Shown: one piece after another, positions 56,333-64,000 of the stretch | Layout of the letters: every line of letters starts with the position of its first letter | Numbering within the stretch: the stretch's first letter is position 1 | From: Bacillota bacterium | GTDB taxonomy: Bacteria > Bacillota > DTU025 | Assembly (NCBI GenBank): GCA_050951805.1 | Contig: JBMNJT010000004.1 | Location: forward strand, 32,001 to 96,000 | Direction: 5' to 3' | DNA length: 64,000 nucleotides | Program-made: the position numbers and the translations under genes | The notes under the pieces: generated by a model | Told to the model about the DNA's origin: nothing | What the model saw: the letters and a program-made list of their open reading frames with translations, nothing else | The model's database searches: none

Positions 56333-56556
56333 GCTATCGGCTGGGCGATATAGTGAGAATGAAGAAACCTCATCCCTGCGGCAGCTCAACGTGGGAGATT
56401 CTCAGGGTTGGCGCGGACTTCCGCATCAAGTGCACGGGTTGTGGCCGCGTGGTTATGCTTACGAGAGCTCAGTTTATGAAGGATGTGCGGGGGATAGCTG
56501 ATTCTGGCGCGGGAGGCGATGTCCATGCTGAATCTGGGAATCGTGGGCCTGCCTAA
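56329..56556 (+). CDS. DUF951 family protein (YyzM-like)
   Basis: MKKPHPCGS..WEILRVGADFRIKC.GCG. Confidence 0.92.
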   Translation: MSYRLGDIVRMKKPHPCGSSTWEILRVGADFRIKCTGCGRVVMLTRAQFMKDVRGIADSGAGGDVHAESGNRGPA

Positions 56557-57760
56557 TGTAGGCAAGTCCACTCTGTTTAACGCGTTAACCCGCGGGCGAG
56601 CCCAGGTAGCTAACTACCCGTTCACTACTGTCGATCCCAACATGGGAATGGTACAGGTCCCTGACAATCGGCTTGATGCCGTTGCGGCCGTTGCGGGGGC
56701 GCAGAAAGTGACTCCTGCCGCGATCCGATTTGTGGACATAGCCGGGCTGGTTCGCGGGGCAAGTAGAGGCGAAGGCCTCGGAAACAAGTTTCTGTCCCAT
56801 ATCAGGGAAGTAGATGCTGTAGTGCACGTGGTGAGATGCTTCTTTGATACCGATGTAGCGCACGTCTACAATCGCCCGGATCCTGTGAGGGATGTCGAGA
56901 TAATAGAGACAGAGCTCATACTGGCAGACCTGGAAAGCGTGGACAAGCGCATCGCCAAGACCGAACCGCTTTTGAAAACAGGGGATAAGCGGTGCCAATT
57001 TGAGATGGAGGTTCTGACCAGTCTCAAGAAGCATCTCGAATCTGGATTGCCGGCACGCCAGGCGCAACTAGACGCCGAGGAACGCGAGGTCGTGGACGAA
57101 CTCTTCTTGCTTACTATGAAGCCTGTGATATTAGTGGCGAATTTAGCGGAGGAATGTGCGGAGCAGCTGGGAAAGCTTTTGCCGATGAATTCGATCTCAG
57201 GCTCGGATGCCAGTCGAGTTGTTCCCAATGATGTGGCAAGTCTCCATGCTCTCGAAGATGGGGACGGCGGCGCAAAGGGGACTGGAGAGGGCTCGAACTC
57301 AGGGATTATCGTGGAGATCGAGTCCATTCTTGATGCGTTGAGTTCGGTTGCCCACGGGGCGCCAGTTATCCCGGTATGTGCGGAGCTAGAAAGGCAGCTC
57401 TCTGAGCTACCTCCGGATGATGCCAGCGATTATCTGGCATCCCTAGGGTTAGCCCATTCCGCGCTGGACAGTCTGATTGCCACTGGGTACAGCATACTTG
57501 ACCTTATCACCTTCTTTACGATTAAGGGTCCTGAAACTCGGGCATGGACTGTCGCTCGGGGTACAGTGGCGCCAAAAGCTGCGGGAAAGATACATTCAGA
57601 CATGGAGCGCGGGTTCATAAAAGCGGAAGTGATACAATGGGATGAGCTTGTTGGAGAAGGATCTTTTGTTGCAGCTCGAGAGCATGGCAAGGTAAGAGTA
57701 GAGGGGAAAGACTATGTAATGCAGGATGGAGACGTAGTGCTTTTTCGTTTCAATGTATAA
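56519..57760 (+). CDS. ychF: Redox-regulated ATPase YchF
   Basis: GIVGLPNVGKST, DIAGLVRGAS.GEGLGN.FL, TGS domain, FRFNV. Confidence 0.96.
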   Translation: MSMLNLGIVGLPNVGKSTLFNALTRGRAQVANYPFTTVDPNMGMVQVPDNRLDAVAAVAGAQKVTPAAIRFVDIAGLVRGASRGEGLGNKFLSHIREVDAVVHVVRCFFDTDVAHVYNRPDPVRDVEIIETELILADLESVDKRIAKTEPLLKTGDKRCQFEMEVLTSLKKHLESGLPARQAQLDAEEREVVDELFLLTMKPVILVANLAEECAEQLGKLLPMNSISGSDASRVVPNDVASLHALEDGDGGAKGTGEGSNSGIIVEIESILDALSSVAHGAPVIPVCAELERQLSELPPDDASDYLASLGLAHSALDSLIATGYSILDLITFFTIKGPETRAWTVARGTVAPKAAGKIHSDMERGFIKAEVIQWDELVGEGSFVAAREHGKVRVEGKDYVMQDGDVVLFRFNV

Positions 57761-57805
57761 TCAGGGTGAGCCCGGATACTTGGGATTTTTCACCCGCATA
57801 GTGGG

Positions 57806-57834
57806 TTGCGCCTGTCTGATGTGGATGTTATAAT
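57806..57834 (+). promoter_or_regulatory. SigA promoter for the rpsF operon
   Basis: TTGCGC-N17-TATAAT with TG extension. Confidence 0.7.
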
Positions 57835-57844
57835 TCATGTCGCA

Positions 57845-57895
57845 ATCCCTGCCCTGCGTGGAACGTAGGGCCGATAGTCCGAGGGGAGGTGAAGT
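57845..57895 (+). ncRNA. S6:S18 ribosomal-protein leader RNA
   Basis: Hairpin CCCTGCG-TGGAA-CGTAGGG followed by CCG; outer stem pairs with the SD, directly upstream of rpsF. Confidence 0.65.
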
Positions 57896-57897
57896 CA

Positions 57898-58185
57898 GTG
57901 CGCGCCTACGAGAGCATGTTTGTTATTGCTCCTACAGTGCCCGAGGAAGAGATCGATGCCTTCATAGACAGGTTCGTCCAACTAATCGTGAACAATGGAG
58001 GCGAAGTGACTGAGATCGACAAAATGGGCAGGCGCCGGCTGGCGTACGAAATAGAGGATTTCACGGAGGGTTACTACGTGGTGCTCTATTTCAATGCTCA
58101 GCCTGATGCTGTAGCGGAGCTTGAGCGGGTGTACAAGATCACAGACAACGTGATACGCTCTATGGTCGTCCGAAAGGACAGCTAA
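57898..58185 (+). CDS. rpsF: 30S ribosomal protein S6
   Basis: RAYESMF, GRRRLAYEI, GYY. Confidence 0.96.
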   Translation: MRAYESMFVIAPTVPEEEIDAFIDRFVQLIVNNGGEVTEIDKMGRRRLAYEIEDFTEGYYVVLYFNAQPDAVAELERVYKITDNVIRSMVVRKDS

Positions 58186-58227
58186 TTCCTTGCCGGGCTG
58201 CAAATATCAAGGCAGGGTGGTGTAATC

Positions 58228-58680
58228 ATGAACAGGGTCGTAATAGTGGGGCGCTTGACCCATGATCCCGAACTTCGATTCACTCAGAATGGCATAGCTG
58301 TCACTAGATTTTCTTTGGCCGTTGACAGGCCTTTTACAAACCAGCAGGGAGAACGTGAAACAGATTTCCTTGATGTGGTAGTCTGGCGCAGGCAAGCTGA
58401 GAATGTAGCGGCATACCTGAAAAAGGGCAGCCTTGCTGCCGTGGATGGCCGTGTACAGGTTCGCAGCTATGAAACGCCCGAGGGCCAGAAGAGGAAGGTA
58501 TGGGAAATAGTCGCTGATAGGGTTGAGTTTCTCGACCGAAGGGGCGATACGGGATCACAGATGTCCCAGGGTGGGTATGGCCGTACACAGCCGGAGCTGG
58601 GTGAAGATGAAGACGATGTTCCAATGCCTGAAGAGGCTGAGACATTCGGGGATCAGATGGATCCGGACATACGCTTATAG
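58228..58680 (+). CDS. ssb: Single-stranded DNA-binding protein
   Basis: [29 protein letters not shown]; acidic tail ending DPDIRL. Confidence 0.96.
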   Translation: MNRVVIVGRLTHDPELRFTQNGIAVTRFSLAVDRPFTNQQGERETDFLDVVVWRRQAENVAAYLKKGSLAAVDGRVQVRSYETPEGQKRKVWEIVADRVEFLDRRGDTGSQMSQGGYGRTQPELGEDEDDVPMPEEAETFGDQMDPDIRL

Positions 58681-58720
58681 CGACAGCACCACTGCCTACA
58701 TCAGTGGAGGGACAATATAG

Positions 58721-58951
58721 GTGAGACGTGAAAGAGGACGCAAGTCCAGAAGGCGAGTATGTTCCTTCTGCGTCGACAAAGTTCAGGACATAGATTACAA
58801 GGATACAGCCAGGCTTCGGAGATACCTCAACGAGCGCGGGAAGATCATTCCGCGCCGGATCTCTGGGAACTGCGCTAAGCATCAGCGCCAAGTTACGGTC
58901 GCCATAAAGCGGGCAAGGCAGATGGCGTTGCTGCCGTATACTGCAGACTAG
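58721..58951 (+). CDS. rpsR: 30S ribosomal protein S18 (Zn-binding C+ form)
   Basis: [26 protein letters not shown]. Confidence 0.97.
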   Translation: MRRERGRKSRRRVCSFCVDKVQDIDYKDTARLRRYLNERGKIIPRRISGNCAKHQRQVTVAIKRARQMALLPYTAD

Positions 58952-58986
58952 TCTGGTTTAGATGGAACCGTGGCTATAACGGATTG

Positions 58987-59028
58987 GAAAACTCTTTGGC
59001 GGCAGCAGCCCCCAAGGAGTTTTCTTGC
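58987..59028 (+). terminator. Hairpin after rpsR
   Basis: GAAAACTCTTTGG...CCAAGGAGTTTTC. Confidence 0.55.
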
Positions 59029-59148
59029 ACATACGCCCATGTGTCCTACATTGCATTGGAAGGTTGGGCGGAAGGATTTTTTGCCTTTGGTGTCGAGAAC
59101 GAACGAGTCCATTGACTGCATGGCACTTTAACACGGGGAGGAGTCGGA

Positions 59149-59463
59149 ATGCCATATCCGAGATACACCGATATTGCCTGTGGTGTTAAGACAATTGACT
59201 GGCTTGAGGCGGAGATACTTGGAAGCATTGCCTCGTTGTATCGTTCTCTGGCGCGCGCGGATGAAGGCCCGCGCGTGGCCGATCTGGCTAACGCCATCAT
59301 CGGTTGCTATCTGCTAGGCAAAAGGTTAGGAATAAGTTATGCTGAGCTGGAACAGCAAATCTCAGCGAACATCGATGAGAACATCGAGAAGGGGCACGAA
59401 ATCGAAAGGTGGTATGGGGACTTTAGCGCTTTGGCGAATCACAGGAAGGGGCGTTCCACTTGA
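59149..59463 (+). CDS. MazG-like family protein
   Basis: KTIDWLEAEIL, CYLLGKRLGISY, HEIERWYGD; synteny after rpsR. Confidence 0.8.
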   Translation: MPYPRYTDIACGVKTIDWLEAEILGSIASLYRSLARADEGPRVADLANAIIGCYLLGKRLGISYAELEQQISANIDENIEKGHEIERWYGDFSALANHRKGRST

Positions 59464-60416
59464 GTCAATCACGGAATCAAAACTTGCGAGCGCTTACTGA
59501 GGGGGCTCTTCTTGCCGCACTTACAGTAGTGTTGTATGTGGCTGACGTTTATACCAGAATACTCATTTACGTGGTTCCAGTGCCCATTGCGATTCTCGTA
59601 GTAAAGCATGATCTCCGCACAGGCCTCATGGCCGCAGCGGTCTCGGCTCTCGGTGTAGGGCTTATTTTGGGGCCAATAGACTCTGTGATTGTCTTTGTGC
59701 GTGTCGCAACTCTCGGTTTGACCCTCGGAGTATGCTTGGCAAAATTGCTTCCATGGCCTCGCACTATCGCCATTACCAGTGTCGCTTCGACCGTGCAGAT
59801 TGCCATCGATTTTATGTTGGCCGCGGTAGTATCCAAACTCTCTCCGACAGAGTTCCTGGGCAGCATGATGAATGAATTCGCGGCGGCTGGCGAAAGAGCT
59901 GTTGAAATCTATGAAGGTATGGGAATGGGCGAAACATCCATGATGCTCGCCAGGCAGTCCGTTGAGCTCATGACCGTCTTACTTAAGTCGTTTCTGCCTG
60001 TGATTGTGCTGTCAGCCGCAGTGTTGGGTGCGGTGATAGTGGCGGCCGTTGCTCGCTGGGTGCTTGTGCGCATGAACGAAAAAGTGGTGCCCGTCCCGCC
60101 CTTTGCCCGATGGCAGCTTGGGTGGGAGTGGATATGGGGCTTGATAGCGGGGATTCTCCTTTCGCAACTCGGGCAATGGATGGGCATTGAGCTCATATCG
60201 ACTATAGGCAAGAACGTGACTATGGGGTTCGCCTTGCTCTATACTGTACAGGGAGTCGCGATTATCTGGCACTTCTTTACGAAGCGAAATATTCCGAAAG
60301 CCCTGGCCGTTATCGTGATAATCCTTATATACCTGACTCCGCCGTTTAATCTTCTTGTCCCCATAGCCGGAGTCCTCGATACATGGCTTGATTTTAGAAA
60401 CTTGGCGGCGCAGTAG
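59460..60416 (+). CDS. YybS / DUF2232 membrane protein
   Basis: LTEGALL, PPFARWQL, QG, G..DTWLDFR. Confidence 0.88.
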   Translation: MSQSRNQNLRALTEGALLAALTVVLYVADVYTRILIYVVPVPIAILVVKHDLRTGLMAAAVSALGVGLILGPIDSVIVFVRVATLGLTLGVCLAKLLPWPRTIAITSVASTVQIAIDFMLAAVVSKLSPTEFLGSMMNEFAAAGERAVEIYEGMGMGETSMMLARQSVELMTVLLKSFLPVIVLSAAVLGAVIVAAVARWVLVRMNEKVVPVPPFARWQLGWEWIWGLIAGILLSQLGQWMGIELISTIGKNVTMGFALLYTVQGVAIIWHFFTKRNIPKALAVIVIILIYLTPPFNLLVPIAGVLDTWLDFRNLAAQ

Positions 60417-60490
60417 GGCTGTGCGCCAACGTACTTTGAAAGGGGGTAGCGGGCGGGGAACGAAATAATACGCTTCGCCCGCGAAAAGTC

Positions 60491-60943
60491 GTGAAAGTAG
60501 TCCTTCTAAAAGATGTCCCAGGCTTGGGAAAGATGGACACTGCGCTAGATGTGGCTGAAGGATATGCCCGAAACTACCTGATTCCCCGGGGCCTGGCTAT
60601 TCCGGCAACCTCCAAGGAGCTTAACAGAGTAAACAAGCTTCGCGAGGCTGAAAAGCGCAAGGAGGTTCGCCTTGAGGAGAAGGCCAGAGAGGATGCGCGC
60701 AAATTGAAGGCACAGGGGGTTACTATTCGGGCTAAGGCTGGCGAGACTGGAAGACTTTACGGCTCAATTACGTCAAAAGACGTTGCTGATGCAATCCATG
60801 AGTCGTTGGGGATGGAGATTGATCGCAGAAAGATCGAGCTGGCCGACTCCATCAGGGAACTTGGCACGTTCACTGCAACTGTGAGGCTTTTTCCCGGGAT
60901 AAGCGCCGATGTTACGATCAATGTCATCGATGAAGGAAAATGA
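60491..60943 (+). CDS. rplI: 50S ribosomal protein L9
   Basis: MKVVLLKDV.GLGK, GYARNYLIP, GRLYGSIT. Confidence 0.97.
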   Translation: MKVVLLKDVPGLGKMDTALDVAEGYARNYLIPRGLAIPATSKELNRVNKLREAEKRKEVRLEEKAREDARKLKAQGVTIRAKAGETGRLYGSITSKDVADAIHESLGMEIDRRKIELADSIRELGTFTATVRLFPGISADVTINVIDEGK

Positions 60944-60996
60944 AGATAGTTGCCCAAGGCGTACCCTAGGGCAGAGACGAAAGGGGTTTTGCTTTC

Positions 60997-62979
60997 ATGA
61001 AGTCGCTCGTTAAGAAATTCACCAAGATCGGCAGCAGGAACCTGGCGGATAAGCTTCAGGACGACGAGCAACTTGTGCGGCAGGTGATGGCCCTTTTCGA
61101 GATCCTTTCAGATATTTATGGGCCTGACAGGCTAGTTCTGAAGGCTGGAAAGCTTGATGCGTTGAGCCTCATGCGTTCTGCGGAACTTGACGACAGGATT
61201 TTGGCTCTGGAACGAATAGTATTTGAGGATCCCACCATTGACCGCAAGCCATCGCCTGAAGAGTACGAATCGGTCTTGGCCGATATTGAGGAAGAGATAG
61301 CGGATGTGATAGCGAGGCGGCGGGTAGAGGACAAGATTGAAAAGCAAATATCCGACCGCATGCAGCAGAGGCATGAGGATTACGTAAATGAGATAAGATT
61401 GCAGATACTGAAGGAAGACGCCGGACCCGATACTGAAGATACCCTCAGGAAGTTGGCTGAACTGGAAGAGCTCGAAAAGAGGCGACTTGCCAAGTCCGCG
61501 CTGGAAATAGTGCGTCCGACTGCCATGTCGGAGATTGTGGGGCAAGATCGCGCGGTCAGAGCCCTTCTTGCCAAGGTGGCTTCGCCATTTCCGCAGCATG
61601 TAATCTTGTATGGCCCTCCAGGAGTAGGGAAGACGACCGCCGCGCGCCTCGCCCTTGAGGAGGCCAAGAAGGTTGCCCTCACGCCGTTTGGCGAGGAATC
61701 GAGGTTCGTGGAAGTGGACGGCACGACCCTCAGATGGGATCCTAGGGAGGTCACGAACCCGCTTCTCGGTTCAGTGCATGACCCGATATACCAGGGCGCA
61801 AAGCGCGACCTGGCTGAAGGGGGAGTTCCAGAGCCCAAGCTCGGTCTCGTTACGGAGGCCCACGGCGGAGTGTTGTTCATCGACGAAATTGGGGAAATGG
61901 ACCCATTGCTCTTGAACAAGTTGCTCAAGGTCATGGAGGACAAGAGGGTCAAGTTCGAGTCTTCATACTACGATCCTTCTGACCCGAATGTGCCGTCATA
62001 TATCAAAAGGCTTTTTGAAGAGGGCGCGCCGGCAGACTTCGTGCTGATCGGGGCCACAACTCGTGATCCCTCAGAGCTCAGCCCGGCTCTGCGTTCACGG
62101 ACTGCGGAGGTCTTCTTTGAGCCACTTACCCAGGTGGACATAGAGAAGATAGTGAGCAATGCCGCTGGGAAGCTAGGGGTGGAGATGGATCCTGAGGTTC
62201 CGTCTCTTGTGAGCGACTATACCATCGAGGGAAGAAAGGCCACGAGCCTTTTGGTGGACGCCTATGGCATTGCCTTGTTCAGAGAGATGGATAATAGGCA
62301 GGACGGGAAGGCGAACGAAGCTGCATCCGGGGACGGTCCTGTCAGGATAACATTGGCCGATCTTGAGGAGACGATCCGTCTCGGACGGCTTTCGCCGTAC
62401 GTCAATGTTCGCGCCTCTGATAGCGCCGAGGTGGGGAAGATCTTTGGACTCGGGGTGGCCGGATTCTTGGGCTCAGTGATAGAGTTCGAGGCCGTTGCGT
62501 TCCCGGCTCGCGAGGAGGGCAAGGGGACCATCAGATTCAACGAGACGGCAGGTAGCATGACGAAGGATTCTGTATTCAATGCAGCTTCTGTATTCAGATT
62601 TCTGACTGATAGGGACCTTGCCGATTTCGATGTCCATGTGAATGTTGTAGGCGGGGGCGATATCGATGGGCCTTCTGCCGGGACAGCGGTCCTTCTTGCA
62701 ATTCTTAGTTCTGTTTATGCATGCCCGATCAGGCAGGATGTTGCGGTTACCGGCGAGCTTTCCATTCAGGGGAAGGTACGGGCGGTGGGGGGAATCTTCG
62801 AGAAGATATACGGGGCGCGACAGGCGGGCATCAAGAAAGTGATCTTGCCGGCCGAGAATGTCAAAGATGTCCCTCCCGGCATTACCGGTATCGAGGTGGT
62901 GTCGGTTTCAGATGTCGTTGACACGTTCAAGCATGTTTTTGAGGGGGACGCAATCTTTGGCGAATTGCGTAGGGAGTGA
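60997..62979 (+). CDS. lonC: Lon-family ATP-dependent protease LonC
   Basis: GPPGVGKT, LFIDEIGE, DGPSAG, VGGIFEK; located between rplI and dnaB. Confidence 0.9.
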   Translation: MKSLVKKFTKIGSRNLADKLQDDEQLVRQVMALFEILSDIYGPDRLVLKAGKLDALSLMRSAELDDRILALERIVFEDPTIDRKPSPEEYESVLADIEEEIADVIARRRVEDKIEKQISDRMQQRHEDYVNEIRLQILKEDAGPDTEDTLRKLAELEELEKRRLAKSALEIVRPTAMSEIVGQDRAVRALLAKVASPFPQHVILYGPPGVGKTTAARLALEEAKKVALTPFGEESRFVEVDGTTLRWDPREVTNPLLGSVHDPIYQGAKRDLAEGGVPEPKLGLVTEAHGGVLFIDEIGEMDPLLLNKLLKVMEDKRVKFESSYYDPSDPNVPSYIKRLFEEGAPADFVLIGATTRDPSELSPALRSRTAEVFFEPLTQVDIEKIVSNAAGKLGVEMDPEVPSLVSDYTIEGRKATSLLVDAYGIALFREMDNRQDGKANEAASGDGPVRITLADLEETIRLGRLSPYVNVRASDSAEVGKIFGLGVAGFLGSVIEFEAVAFPAREEGKGTIRFNETAGSMTKDSVFNAASVFRFLTDRDLADFDVHVNVVGGGDIDGPSAGTAVLLAILSSVYACPIRQDVAVTGELSIQGKVRAVGGIFEKIYGARQAGIKKVILPAENVKDVPPGITGIEVVSVSDVVDTFKHVFEGDAIFGELRRE

Positions 62980-62985
62980 GTTACT

Positions 62986-64000
62986 TTGGCAACTGCGGAT
63001 GTAGTGGGCGTTGATCGTGTGCCACCGCAGAGCCTCGAGGCGGAGCAATCGACATTAGGTTCAATGTTGCTCGATAAAGAGGCGATTGCTACAGCTGCCG
63101 AAATCCTTGTGGCTGAGGATTTCTACAGAGACGCGCACAGAGTGATATTCAATGCCCTTATCTCCCTGTTCAACAAGGGTGAACCGGCTGACTTAATCAC
63201 TGTTACAGAGGCGTTGCGCCAGCGCAATGCTTTGGAGAACGTGGGCGGGGCTTCGTACATCAGCACGCTTGCAAACACGGTCCCGACGGCTGCAAACTGT
63301 GAATACTATGCCAAGATCGTCAAGAATAAGTCCATTATGCGATCTCTGGTTACAGCAGGATCGCAGATAGCTGCTTTGGGCTACGACCAGACGAACGAGG
63401 TAGCGGAGTCGCTGGACAAGGCTGAGCAGCTCATATTCAGGATCTCGCAACGTGGGGAGACGGGCACGGTCTCTGACATGAAGACGGTGCTGATGAGCAC
63501 TTTTGATCGGATCGAGCGCCTTTACACCACGAAAGGGGCAATCACCGGCCTTTCCACGGGATTTGCCGAGGTGGACAATATGCTGTCGGGGCTGCAGCCG
63601 TCCGAACTGATTGTCATCGCAGCGCGACCGTCTATGGGAAAGACGGCGCTAGCGCTGAACATAGCCGAACATGTTGGGGCCAATGAAGGAAAGCCTGTCC
63701 TCATTTTCAGTCTCGAGATGTCTAGGGAGCAGCTCGCCCAGAGAATGCTCTGCTCCCAGGCGACGGTGGATGGTCAGCGACTCAGACGAGGCAATCTGTC
63801 GGAAGCGGATTGGCAACGTCTGTCGCATGCGATCGGCCGGCTCAGCGAGGCCCCTATATTCATCGATGATAGCCCGACGGTTACAGCAATGGACATACGT
63901 GCCAGGGCGAGACGGTTAAAGGCTGAGCACGGCCTGTCGTTGATCATCGTCGACTATCTACAGCTGGTTCAGGGCCACGCGCGGGCGGAGAACCGGAACC
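62986..64000 (+). CDS. dnaB: Replicative DNA helicase, 5' part (runs off the window; not in the ORF track)
   Basis: TTG start; RVPPQSLEAEQ, AARPSMGKT, FSLEM, IVDYLQL. Confidence 0.96.
   Translation, partial: MATADVVGVDRVPPQSLEAEQSTLGSMLLDKEAIATAAEILVAEDFYRDAHRVIFNALISLFNKGEPADLITVTEALRQRNALENVGGASYISTLANTVPTAANCEYYAKIVKNKSIMRSLVTAGSQIAALGYDQTNEVAESLDKAEQLIFRISQRGETGTVSDMKTVLMSTFDRIERLYTTKGAITGLSTGFAEVDNMLSGLQPSELIVIAARPSMGKTALALNIAEHVGANEGKPVLIFSLEMSREQLAQRMLCSQATVDGQRLRRGNLSEADWQRLSHAIGRLSEAPIFIDDSPTVTAMDIRARARRLKAEHGLSLIIVDYLQLVQGHARAENRN

Overview
This window is the chromosomal origin region of a moderately GC-rich, probably spore-forming Bacillota (Firmicutes) bacterium, shown inverted relative to convention. 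Left of ~32.5 kb genes run on the minus strand: dnaA-dnaN-yaaA-recF-DUF721/DciA-remB-gyrB-gyrA-archease-rtcB, a full rrn operon (16S, tRNA-Ile, tRNA-Ala, 23S, 5S), hppA, gpmI, yaaO-tmk-holB-yaaT-yabB-rsmI and metG, with abrB on the plus strand. Right of ~35.9 kb genes run on the plus strand: rpmH-rnpA-yidD-yidC-jag-mnmE-mnmG-rsmG-soj-spo0J, DUF4446, M23 peptidase, bactofilin, VanW, a chromate-transporter pair, an archaeal-type glycogen synthase with galT, mscS, ychF, rpsF-ssb-rpsR, yybS-rplI-lonC and dnaB. The origin looks bipartite, with DnaA-box clusters at ~29.5-29.7 kb (with DnaA-trios) and ~32.5-33.0 kb. The most unusual feature is an uncharacterised gene between the upstream DnaA-box cluster and dnaA, apparently co-transcribed with dnaA. 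It encodes a putative N-terminal amphipathic helix, a GHKL ATPase domain and a C-terminal winged HTH, and noc and yabA are absent from their usual slots. Other notable items are a catalytically degenerate RNase H-like gene under two LexA boxes, archease-rtcB between gyrA and rrn, an AtpZ/I-like plus DUF6504 fusion, and an intact IS630 nested in a decayed transposase beside oriC. All calls come from motif recognition by eye; no searches were run.
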